A stretch of DNA of 64,000 nucleotides. Origin: Mizuhopecten yessoensis. Lineage: Eukaryota. A model generated the notes under the pieces. That model was given only the letters and a program-made list of their open reading frames with translations. It made no database searches and was not told the DNA's origin. The translations under genes and the position numbers were made by a program. The DNA lies in assembly GCF_002113885.1 (NCBI RefSeq), contig NW_018404940.1, positions 1,983,286 to 2,047,285 of the forward strand, in the 5' to 3' direction. Positions 51,646-64,000 of the stretch are shown here, one piece after another (within the stretch, counting starts at the first letter, position 1; every line of letters starts with the position of its first letter).

Positions 51646-52155
51646 AACTCCTGGCAATTTTATATGTATAATTAGCCTCCTTAATGAAGTTAGCGTTCAA
51701 ATAAATCTTTTTATGTATATCTGACAGCCCTGTTAACAAAGGTACAATGTAAATCAACGTTACCTCCCCACTCTTTGTGTTTGAATAGATGAACAGATAT
51801 AGAAAGAGGTCACATCAGTGTACGAGGTCGGTTGATCTATTCACTTTCAGCATTTATCATTTGTCATGTTGCTCTTGGTAAGACTGAATAGATAAGTGAT
51901 GTGTGCAACTAGATATCTTTATATCTTTATATACCTACTAACATTAACTATTTTTGAAAGAAAAAATATATTTAAAGCAAAACAAACAAATTTCCAATAG
52001 CCACGTGGACTAGTGTGAACATTTCAATAACCTTGAGCTTAAAAACTTCGTTTGACAATAAAGCTGACTATACTTTGTACTGTACTCGTCTACTACACAC
52101 GCCTGTCCCCGTTACCTTCCATGACCCCTATTTTAATTCGGAACATCCTATGCTT

Positions 52156-54535
52156 ATAATAATAATAAATAATAATAATAATAATAATATTTATTCAGGT
52201 AAAATAGGCATGTTATTACAAGATATCACAATTAAGAATAAAACATATAATTAATTAAGATCACAATGCAGCTTGTAAATAAAAAAGAGAAGTTTGTATT
52301 AAGATTGAGAAAAATAATAGATCTGACCTACATGTAATAAAAGGTTTTTTATTCAATCATTGACATTTATCACAGAGTATAAAAATCTAAAAAAAATGTC
52401 TGATACAATGTAAAAAAAAGGCAGATATTACTATGAAATGAGACAGACTATTTTAGTAAATGAAGGTAGTTATAAATAGGTCGCATAATAGGAGTGGTGG
52501 TGAGTGCCATTTACCTAGGATTACCCATAAAAGCCACATAGTGGCTTATTTCCAATGGGGTCCTTTAAAGATGGAAAAAAAGTAAGAAAATCAATCCGGT
52601 AACGGTTCAGATAGCACAGAATAGGATATGTGTGCATCATATTCGATAATTAATCAGTAAAATTGTATTTCCATTTATAAACATACATAATAATTATTTT
52701 ATAGTGGCAGACAGCTTCTTATAGTAGCAAACTATAGAATATTGCTACATAGTTATTTTCAAAAATATCAAAATAAAACAAAATAAATATACTGACAGAT
52801 CTTTGCATTACTGTTTATAGAAAGGCATGAAAACTTGAAATTTGAAATCTTTCCAAGGGTTGGGGGTGCCCCTACCAGCGAGGTCTGCTCGACCTGCGCC
52901 ATTGCACAGGTCTATATATGTATTTTGTGACAAAGAATGAAGATGTAATACATGTGTGCTCAATAGTAGTAAAAAAGATCATACACTTCATTTTTTGCTT
53001 GAAGCATAAGGTGTTTTTTAGCATTGGTTTTGAATTTATGTTTATTTTTGATATTTTTGATATGATCCAGTAAAGAGTTCCAATCTTTAACAGCCGAAAA
53101 GAAAAAAGTAGATGTTTCTGTACCCTTGACGTTTTTAATAGCGAAATTTGAATTTCCGGATCTAGTACCGTATGTGTTATTGTTTTTGGTGAAAAATCCA
53201 TGCATATACTGAGGGCATTTTCATTAAAGATGTTAAATGAATGATTTACACGAAGTTGACGAACTCTTCCCTCTACATTGAGCATGCTATTTTTTGTAGT
53301 TCAGCACAGGCAATTCTTGTCCGGTTCTTTAAGTTAAGAATAAAACGGACCATTTTATTTTGGGTAATTTGTAACTTTTTATGTAATTTAGAAAGACCCT
53401 CATACCAGGATGAACAGGCATAATCGAAATGACATGACATGAGAGCTGAACATAGAGTTTTTCGTGATTTTTGGGATAGACAGTTACTATTTCTGTAAAG
53501 GAATTTTAGTCTTTGATTGATTTTTTGTATGACATTGGAGACAATTTCTTCTCCAGATACAAATCTGTCAATCATCACCCCAAGGTATTTTACAGCCGAA
53601 TGAGAATTAATAATTTGACCTTTGCAAGAAACCTGAAATTTATCCTTGAGCGTTTGAATTAATTTTCTTTTTGGACCAAAAAGGATACATTCTGTTTTTC
53701 CCAGATGTAATGATAATTTGTTGTCAATAAGCCAATTATGACAGGATTCCATAACCAAGGAGATTTTAGATGAAATTGTTTCAGGGCATTTATGTGAGAA
53801 TATGTGAGCACTGTCATCCGCATAGGGAAGTAATTTACATGAATTTTCAATACTTATTTTCATGTCATTTATATAAACCAAAAATAAAAGTGGTCCCAAC
53901 AAACTTCCTTGCGGAACCCCGCAGTTGACATTACCGACTGACGGGTGTAACCCATTTACACTGACTAGTTGATATCTACTTTCTAAATAAGATTTGAACT
54001 AGTTGCAGGACTCTGACACCAATAAACCTTAATTTGTTACACAATATAGAAGGATTTACTGTATCGGAAGCTTTTTGTAGAACCTTTCGACGTTTGAGAT
54101 TTTATATAGTCCATTAGATAGATCAAACAGGAGTCAGCCGGATTGAAATTCATACAATAGCTTATTTTTAACAAGAAAATTTTCTAGTTGGTTGTTGACT
54201 GCTTTTTCTAAAACAAAAACAAAAATGACACAATGTAGAGGATGCTCACAGGTCTATAGTTTTCTGCCTGAAGTCTATCCTTCTTTTTGAACAAAGGGAT
54301 AATTTTTGCAGTTTTAGGATCGTCAGGTACTATACCCTAAGATATGGATATATTTATTAAAAATGTGATAGGAATTTTGATTATAGGTGCCGCATCCTGC
54401 AAGAATCTGGCAGGAATTTGATCTAAACCTGTACTTTTACATATATTTAAATTGGATAACTCCCTATACACAAAATCTTCTGAGACATGATGAAGATGAA
54501 ATTTAATCCCTTTCGGGTTTCTTTTAGGTTAATAG
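52156..54535 (-). mobile_element. 5'-truncated, decayed LINE of the CR1/L2 group (Crack-like)
   Basis: RT motifs KSTGLDQIPARFL, NYRPVSIL, VPQGSLLGPLLFLVYINDM, YADD, WLIDNKLSLHLGKT and HFDYACSSWY. 3'UTR stem-loop GGACCCCATTGGAAATAAGCC...GGCTTTTATGGGTAATCCT (52515-52565). AATAAA plus (ATT)n tail at 52156-52195. Confidence 0.8.
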
Positions 54536-54874
54536 TATATAGTATATTATGGCTGTATTATTCTCTATAGTCTAGAGGATAACAGCATGACCAGACAATA
54601 AAAGCATTCTTTAGAAGGTAACACTGGGGTTCTGGAAGGTACCCATTATATAACTGTTTCCTTCGTTTGAAAACTACCTCTGATATCGACACATCTTTTT
54701 CTGTACCAACTTTATTACGCCGTACACGTGTATGGCAACTCTGAAAGTATGAGGTGTATTTGTTCTAATTTGAATTGTCCCCTTCGACGTGTTTTCATTG
54801 CGTAAATATTAAGGTTTTGTACAAATATATACATTCCTTTATTTTGATGTTCATAAAAATGCATAAACAAATAT

Positions 54875-55420
54875 AGAAAGTAGATGGATACATTATACTG
54901 GATATAGAAAGAGATGGATAAAATCTATTGGATATAGAAAGGATATGGATACAAACCATTGGATATAGAAGGGAGATGGATACATTATATTGGATATGGA
55001 AAGGAGATGGTATATACTATTGGATATAAAGGGAGATGGATATATACTATTGGATACAGAAAGGAAATGGATACAAACCATTGGATATAGAAGGGATATG
55101 GATACATTATATTGGATATGGAAAGGAGATTGTATATACTATTGGATACAGAAAGGAAATGGATACAAACCATTGGATATAGAAGGGATATGGATACATT
55201 ATATTGAATATGGAACGGTGATGGCATATACTATTGGATATAAAGGGAGATGGATATATACTATTGGATACAGAAAGGAGATGGAAACATTCTACTGGAT
55301 GAAGAAAAGAGTGAATATATTATGTAGGTTCTAGAATATAGATTGATACATTATGTAGGATATAACAGAGATATAGATGCATTCTCTAGGATATAGAAAA
55401 GAGACGGATTCATTCTCTGG
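54875..55420. repeat. Degenerate ~30-bp purine-rich tandem repeat flanking the 30-bp satellite
   Basis: Units such as GGATATAGAAAGGAGATGGATACATTATATT, 30-31 nt long. Confidence 0.85.
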
Positions 55421-58400
55421 GATATCGTATAGAGATTAATATATTCTTTAGATATCGTATAGAGATTGATATATTCTTTTGATATCGTATAGAGATTGAT
55501 ATATTCTTTAGATATCGTATAGAGATTGATATATTCTTTTGATATCATATAGAGATTGATATATTCTTTTGATATCGTAAAGAGATTGATATATTCTTTT
55601 GATATCGTATAGAGATTGATATATTCTTTAGATATCGTATAGAGATTGATATATTCTTTTGATATCATATAGAGATTGATATATTCTTTGGATATCGTGC
55701 AGAGATTGATATATTATTTGGATATCGTACAGAGATTGATATATTCTTTGGATATCGTATAGAGATTGATGTATTCTTTAGATATCGTATAGAGATTGAT
55801 ATGTTCTTTGGATATCGTATAGAGATTGATATATTCTTTAGATATTGTATAGAGATTGATATATTCTTTGGAGATCGTATAGAGATTAATATATTCTTTA
55901 GATATCGTATAGAGATTGATGTATTCTTTGGATATCGTATAGAGATTGATATATTCTTTAGATATTGTATAGAGATTGATATATTCTTTTGATATCGTAT
56001 AGAGATTGATATATTCTTTTGATATCGTATAGAGATTGATATATTCTTTAGATATTGTATAGAGATTGATATATTCTTTGGATATCGTATAGAGATTGAT
56101 GTATTCTTTAGATATCATATAGAGATTGATATATTCTTTAGATATCGTACAGAGATTGATATATTCTTTGGATATTGTATAGAGATTGATATATTCTTTA
56201 GATATCATATAGAGATTGATATATTGTTTAGATATCGTATAGAGATTGATATATTCTTTAGATATTGTATAGAGATTGATATATTCTTTGGAGATCGTAT
56301 AGAGATTAATATATTCTTTAGATATCGTATAGAGATTGATGTATTCTTTGGATATCGTATAGAGATTGATATATTCTTTAGATATTGTATAGAGATTGAT
56401 ATATTGTTTAGATATCGTATAGAGATTGATATATTCTTTGGATATCGACTAGAGATTAATATATTCTTTAGATATCGTATAGAGATTGATATATTCTTTA
56501 GATATTGTATAGAGATTGATATATTCTTTAGATATCGTATAGAGATTGATGTATTCTTTAGATATCGTATAGAGATTGATATATTCTTTAGATATTGTAT
56601 AGAGATTGATATATTCTTTTGATATCGTATAGAGATTGATATATTCTTTGGATATCGACTAGAGATTAATATATTCTTTAGATATCGTATAGAGATTGAT
56701 GTATTCTTTAGATATTGTATAGAGATTGATATATTCTTTAGATATCGTATAGAGATTGATATGTTCTTTGGATATCGTATAGAGATTGATATATTCTTTA
56801 GATATTGTATAGAGATTGATGTATTCTTTAGATATTTATAGAGATTGATATATTGTTTAGATATCGTATAGAGATTGATATATTCTTTAGATATTGTATA
56901 GAGATTGATATATTCTTTGGATATCGACTAGAGATTAATATATTCTTTAGATATCGTATAGAGATTGATGTATTCTTTAGATATTGTATAGAGATTGATA
57001 TATTCTTTTGATATCGTATAGAGATTGATATATTCTTTTGATATCATATAGAGATTGATATATTCTTTTGATATCGTAAAGAGATTGATATATTCTTTTG
57101 ATATCGTATAGAGATTGATATATTCTTTAGATATTGTATAGAGATTGATATATTCTTTGGAGATCGTATAGAGATTAATATATTCTTTAGATATCGTATA
57201 GAGATTGATGTATTCTTTAGATATCGTATAGAGATTGATATATTCTTTAGATATCGTACAGAGATTGATATATTCTTTAGATATCGTACAGAGATTGATA
57301 TATTCTTTGGATATCGTATAGAGATTGATGTATTCTTTAGATATTGTATAGAGATTGATATATTCTTTGGATATCGACTAGAGATTAATATATTCTTTAG
57401 ATATCGTATAGAGATTGATGTATTCTTTAGATATTGTATAGAGATTGATATATTCTTTGGATATCGTATAGAGATTGATGTATTCTTTAGATATTGTATA
57501 GAGATTGATATATTCTTTGGATATCGACTAGAGATTAATATATTCTTTAGATATCGTATAGAGATTGATATGTTCTTTGGATATTGTATAGAGATTGATA
57601 TATTCTTTAGATATCGTATAGAGATTGATGTATTCTTTAGATATCATATAGAGATTGATATATTGTTTAGATATCGTATAGAGATTGATATAATCTTTGG
57701 ATATCGTACAGAGATTGATATATTCTTTGGATATCGTATAGAGATTAATATATTCTTTAGATATCGTATAGAGATTGATATATTCTTTAGATATCATATA
57801 GAGATTGATATATTCTTTAGATATCGTATAGAGATTGATGTATTCTTTAGATATTGTATAGAGATTGATATATTCTTTTGATATCGTATAGAGATTGATA
57901 TATTCTTTAGATATTGTATAGAGATTGATATATTGTTTAGATATCGTATAGAGATTGATATATTCTTTGGATATCGACTAGAGATTAATATATTCTTTAG
58001 ATATCGTATAGAGATTGATGTATTCTTTAGATATTGTATAGAGATTGATATATTCTTTAGATATCATATAGAGATTGATATATTCTTTAGATATCGTATA
58101 GAGATTGATGTATTCTTTAGATATCATATAGAGATTGATATATTCTTTAGATATCGTACAGAGATTGATATATTCTTTGGATATCGTGTAGGGATTGATA
58201 TATTCTTTGGATATCGTACAGAGATTGATATATTCTTTGGATATCGTATAGAGATTGATATATTCTTTAGATATCGTACAGAGATTGATATATTCTTTGG
58301 ATATTTTATAGAGATTGATATATTCTTTAGATATCGTATAGAGATTGATATGTTCTTTGGATATCGTATAGAGATTGATATATTCTTTGGATATCGTATA

Positions 58401-59432
58401 GAGATTAATATATTCTTTAGATATCGTATAGAGATTGATGTATTCTTTGGATATCGTATAGAGATTGATATATTCTTTAGATATCGTACAGAGATTGATA
58501 TATTCTATAGATATCGTACAGAGATTGATATATTCTTTGGATATCGTATAGAGATTGATGTATTCTTTAGATATCGTATAGAGATTGATATATTCTTTAG
58601 ATATCTTATAGAGATTGATATATTCTTTGGATATCGTATAGAGATTGATGTATTCTTTAGATATCGTATAGAGATTGATATATTCTTTAGATATCGTATA
58701 GAGATTGATATGTTCTTTGGATATCGTATAGAGATTAATATATTCTTTAGATATCGTATAGAGATTGATATTTTCTTTAGATATCGTACAGAGATTGATA
58801 TATTCTTTAGATATCGTACAGAGATTGATATATTCTTTGGATATCGTATAGAGATTGATATATTTTTTGGATATCGTATAGAGATTGATATATTCTTTAG
58901 ATATCGTATAGAGATTGATGTATTCTTTAGATATTGTATAGAGATTGATATATTGTTTAGATATCGTATAGAGATTGATATATTCTTTGGATATCGTATA
59001 GAGATTGATATTTTCTTTGGATATCGTACAGAGATTGATATATTCTTTGGATATCGTACAGAGATTGATATATCCTTTGGATATCGTACAGAGATTGATA
59101 TATTCTTTGGATATTTTATAGAGATTGATATATTCTTTAGATATCGTATAGAGATTGATATATTCTTTAGATATCTTATAGAGATTGATATATTCTTTGG
59201 ATATCGTATAGAGATTGATGTATTCTTTAGATATTGTATAGAGATTGATATATTCTTTAGATATCGTACAGAGATTGATATATTCTTTGGATATCGTATA
59301 GAGATTGATATATTTTTTGGATATCGTATAGAGATTGATATATTTTTTGGATATCGTATAGAGATTGATATATTCTTTGGATATCGTATAGAGATTGATA
59401 TATTTTTTGGATATCGTATAGAGATTGATACA
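55421..59432. repeat. 30-bp tandem satellite, ~133 copies
   Basis: Unit GATATCGTATAGAGATTGATATATTCTTT(A/G/T), with a single 1-nt phase slip near 56836. Confidence 0.97.
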
Positions 59433-59689
59433 TTTAAAACCTCTATTTCTGCGAGTTTTGGAAAAGAACAGACCGAACTACTAAGTGCCACTGCATGTTA
59501 TAGCATTAATCGACTAATGTGAAGTCAATTCAAATCTTGCGAATTTCTTTAGTGTCTTCTTCTTATGAGACATTGGATAAACCAAAACTTATCTGCTGCT
59601 ATCATCGCGCCTCTTGCGACCCCATTTTTTCTTCCTACCTTACTTACTCTTCTAACAGTATCACCGTGCGCACCCGTCTTCATATGACA

Positions 59690-60000
59690 TAGGCTGAAAC
59701 GAGGAATTTATTTCTGTAATAGGATGTTAAAATGTATCATATCAAAATCTTTCCGAAAATCAATAAAAAAGAACTCCTATGAAATTTCCTGAGTCAATAG
59801 CAGAAATCTAGTCATCTATCAACGCTGTTTGCGCTATCTTACAAGAATGTTTTTGTTTAAATCCAGTTTGAAAATCAAATATCAACTTGTGTTTAGATAG
59901 ACAGTTTCGTATGTGTATCAATACATGCTTTTCTAGATTGTTTTAATAATTGGAGGGATAGCGCGCGGCAACAGATCAATATAAGTTTCTCCAATGAAGG
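59690..60000 (-). mobile_element. Highly decayed LINE RT fragment
   Basis: Minus-strand pieces DFQTGF and DFRKDFDMIHFNILLQK resemble RT motifs QxGF and DFxKAFDxIxHxILLxKL. Confidence 0.45.
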
Positions 60001-62971
60001 TCTAGTAAGAAATATTCAATACTTTATAATTGCACTATACTCTAGCTTTTTATCACATCTGAAGTCATATACATGACATTGTATAGTATCCATGATATGT
60101 TATTGAGTATATGTTCAACCAGGCGTATAAATACATAATGTGTACACACTTTTGGGTTGTGGGACTTGGCCAGTATTTTGTTATTTATATTTTTCCTCAT
60201 ACGCCAACTCGAGAGTAATTATAAACATGTATATTACCAAAGTCAACAATCTGTGCCGTCATCATTTAAGCAATAATTGTTATAGCAAATGTTGTTATGG
60301 TCCTATAACACACATTGTTATTGATTGATGACAAATTTAATAAGGCCTGGTAGCTATAGAAGTGTTTTACAGTACCAAAACAATATTTGCTAAAATATTC
60401 ATTATTTATATTCACATTTTGATAGAGTAGTAATGCTTTATTTAGTTATTTCGTGTAGTTTTTGAACAGCAAATAAAAGTGTTGACAAAAATGAAATCGA
60501 TGACGTCACAAAAGAGATAATTGATAACGTTACCATAGCAAATGGTGTTATAGTCCTACAACAACATTTGCCTTTTCAGTGCATTGCAATGGAAGGATGG
60601 AGAACAAATGTGTGAAGCATGGCAAATCGTTCAAATAATAAAGGCATGCACTTTAAAATAGATATTTTTTTTAATTTTAAAATATTTAAAAACCCATTAC
60701 GAATTCATAATTATAAAATCAATTTCCCAAGGCTCTCTGGAGCGTCTCTTCGCCTCTATATTGGGATCATGTTTGTGCCGGTAGGTATTGACACCCAGTT
60801 ATCATGGTCTATAATCACGCTCAATTCTTAATTTAAATCGGAGATAACCTTAAAGTTTTCATATATTACTTCATATTTTGCAAGTACTTTTAGCCAACAT
60901 TCATTCTCGTGTTCACCCCTTCAGCTTTTCGAGATTTTTATCTTATAAATATAACAACGGTTGCTACTTTTTATCCTTTCGAAACCAGGTAGAACCGAAA
61001 ATTTAACAGTTGAAATCTATGCTTTTAAATAAATGTAAACTATTTCAGTGCATAAAACTGTTTAACATGATTCCTCCAACAGACCTGTAGTTAATTCTTT
61101 ATTTGATAACCTACACGATTTTGAATAAATCGATTAACATATGTTTAATATCTTTTCATTTGAGTCATGAACAAAGTAGTGTTTAAGTATTTTGATTGCA
61201 AGATTAGCTTGAAATAAAGGTCATGTTATAACTTGTAAGCTACCGAATGTATAGGATAGAATATTAAAAGTTAATGGTGTGTTATTTTTGTGTATACAAG
61301 TTTTAAGTCACTGTCTAGTACTCCTACTGCGAAAGACAGTCGTCAATAACTCCATTACTTTGATCGGCAATATCATTTTAGTAATGGAATATATGATATG
61401 GAATATGACGTGAAGAGTAAGTAAGCTATATATATAGTAAGCTATACTAGTAAACTATACTAGTAAACTATATTACTGAAATGTTATGTTACAGAACTCA
61501 TAGAATATGCTAGAACTGTACTGCGACAAAAAAATAAAGCACGAACTAACCCTTTTGGCGACTAATGAAAAATTAAAATAACTGCATCAGCATTAACGTT
61601 TGCTTTAGTTTATGTTTAAATATACATGTGTTAATACGGCAAATATCGATGAACACGTTTGACCATTCCTTAATCCATATTCGTGAAAACAATATCATGC
61701 TCAAACTCCGATAGTGTGCTCAAAATCAATTAATTGCAATAATTTGGGAGGAATCGTGGAGAGACTTTAAACCCAGTAGTTTGACTGTGTTGCATGAGTA
61801 ACAAACTTAAGGCAGTCGGTATGAGCAGACTTCGGGAAGATAATGCTTTCGTGAATTATAATACGGTCATATAAAGTAATTCTACATGTATCTCATGTTT
61901 GGTAACTATGGTGACATATGTATCGGCGGTCATCAGCATTGTGTTTTACGTTAAGTGTACCCACTAGACTATATATGGCGCATCGAAGTGTAAAATAACG
62001 TCCATTCTACTTCCCGAATGTATTGCTATCATTTGTCCAACAAATGGCGTAAAACGTCTTGGCGAATTATGAACGAACGTTATTATATAGAAATTTCGTA
62101 TGTCAAAATGGAACACTTTTAAATGTTTTGGTAGGAAGCGATCCATTTGGCAAATTAAATAAGGTCAACATGAATAATGTCTATCGAAGTTTTATTGTAG
62201 ATTATATTCACTATGGTAACCATAGAAGTTATATCAAAATTGTCGATGTTGTCAAATTATGAAAGCGAGCGCATAAGGCACACCATATTATTTCTTATTC
62301 TTACAAAGAATCTAATAATTTTATGAGCTTTACTAGTATATCTAATGTCAATCGTAATTAAAAGTCATCGTGATATTTTGTTTTGTAATACCACAGGAAA
62401 TGCCTATCCAAGGGCGCCTGTTTTTTTCCGAATTCCGGATTATCTGTCCAGTGTTTTGTTTTTATTTTGTTTCAGTACAGTCTTTATCGGAGTCGATCAA
62501 ACGCTTTAATCAAAAACAAAAATAAACTTAAAGCGTCTTGAAGATACTAAGACGCGGAAGGAAATACTTTTTCGAACAATTTTCGTTACAGCAGGCTATC
62601 CTAGATGACTTTCACCAAGGACTATGACATCCACTCATAAACCGAAAACCATCGAGCACGATTCACTTCGTGCAATTTGCCGGGAAACCATACATGGTAA
62701 TTGAAGAAGGTCGATATGTTCACCATTTAGTTGTCATGTACACGTACCAACGACCCGCGTCTCCTCTTGCCCCGACACCAGACTTGACATTTTGATAAAT
62801 AGGTCTGGTGTAAGGGCTAGAGGAAACGCGGGCTACAACGATACCAGCATCTCTCCTGACCGCCCAGCCTAACATTAATTGGTCGAAATACACACAAAAT
62901 TTGGGATGCATGCCATAGTCCATACGATAGCTCATATTTCGTGAGAGGTGTGATTTGATCAGTATTACTTT

Positions 62972-63354
62972 TATAGCGGAACTGGATTGGGTCGATCGTC
63001 GGCGACCAGATAGCTTATTTGGGGAAGAACGTCTGTCTAGAGTTCGGAGGGTCCCGGGTTCGAACCCCGGCGCTGTGGTGCATTTTTCCTCTCCTGTTAA
63101 AGTGGTGCCTGTGACCAACAATTGTTTCAACCACTTGGTATAATGCTTGGCAAAGGGATACCCTAACCTTGGTTGTAAGTAGTTGTGTCTTTGAGGGTGA
63201 AGACTTAGAAAAAGGAGGGCGGAATGTAGCGGAACTAGACCGGGTCAATGACCAGGTCGCTCAATTGGTAGAGCATCCATCTAGAGTTCGGAGGGTCGGG
63301 GGACTCCCAAATTTGAACCCCGGTCTGGACGTGCATTTTCCCTCTTCTGTTATA
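62972..63354 (+). mobile_element. Non-autonomous LTR retrotransposon (TRIM) with tRNA-derived LTRs
   Basis: 130-bp LTRs at 62972-63101 and 63225-63354 contain A-box (TCGCTCAATTGG) and B-box (GGTTCGAACCC) sequence. PBS TGGTGCCTGTGACC (63103-63116), PPT AGAAAAAGGAGGGCGGAA (63207-63224), TSD CTTT (62968-62971 and 63355-63358). Confidence 0.83.
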
Positions 63355-64000
63355 CTTTCATATACATGGCCATATCATTTGGTATGACAATACAAGCTTA
63401 CGTCAGTCTCTAATAGTTGTGATGTGGCTCTTACACTACAAACAAATGGACATAGATATTCTGTATATACTACTGCAGTACTGAATGAAGATCACAGGGG
63501 TTTGTTACAAATGTCTACAATACACATCTGCTGTGCTGTGACCCATATCAGAATAACATATGTGTATTTCAGACTTTTGTAACAAACTCTGTGTGCATGT
63601 AGATCGGAAATATTGACTTATTATATTAAATGTAGCTGATAGTATTAGGGACCATGCATGCTCCTGACAGAGTGACATCACCTTGAGTCTTCGCCTGTTG
63701 TACTGTATACTGGGTATATATTATGTGTAAATCAAATATGATTTTGGAACTAAAATATTTGGCAGGATTACACAGAGTCCAAATTTGTGTCAGTCATATT
63801 ATACATTGTATATTAACATTTTAAATGTCATTGTATTATGTAAATATACTTTGGATAAAAACCCAGGAGCATAAAGAAATGACAGGATAAACACACCAAC
63901 ACAGCAATCAGTTATTCATACATTCAACAGGTTTCTTTTGGTATTACCACAGAAACAAATATACTGTGATGCATCTAGTCCCAAAGATTATTTAAAAATC

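Noticed and set aside
57933-59522. 529-aa and 328-aa ORFs (and other ORFs in 55351-59522)
   Set aside because: They are translations of a 30-bp tandem repeat that lacks stops in some frames; there is no evidence of coding function.
63003-63330. Functional tRNA genes
   Set aside because: The stems are degenerate, the second copy has an insertion, and both are embedded in LTRs with PBS, PPT and TSD.
63931-64000. Possible exon start after TTCAACAG at the window end
   Set aside because: It is too short and has no recognisable motif, so it cannot be supported from this window.

Overview
AT-rich, intron-containing animal DNA, most likely mollusc and probably bivalve; the taxon is inferred from repeat types, not proven. 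The window is a birth-and-death cluster of clan-2 (CYP2-like) cytochrome P450 genes. Two genes are intact, with 4 exons and 496 aa each (minus strand, 21890-24499 and 42174-45365). There are also two differently broken pseudogene copies (3959-6794 +, 30428-34327 -), a scrambled pseudogene (11688-13078), an orphan exon 1 (51029-51376) and a promoter-only remnant (~19548-19725). Positions 1-11530 and 25491-38326 form a large, diverged inverted duplication that also carries an FKRP/LicD-like pseudogene; a 15-N assembly gap lies at 20527-20541 in the spacer. Mobile DNA includes a complete hAT transposon (14775-18705) with a spliced, intact 698-aa transposase and an atypical 6-bp TSD, LINE and Penelope remnants, a HINE-like element, MITEs and two satellites (~161 bp with a 7-mer higher-order repeat; 30 bp). 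The most striking items are two tiny non-coding LTR retrotransposons (TRIMs) whose LTRs contain RNA polymerase III gene sequence. One carries the 5S rRNA internal promoter (13739-14169, tRNA-Leu PBS, 4-bp TSD); the other carries a tRNA-like sequence (62972-63354, tRNA-His PBS, 4-bp TSD). All alignments were made by eye and no database searches were run.
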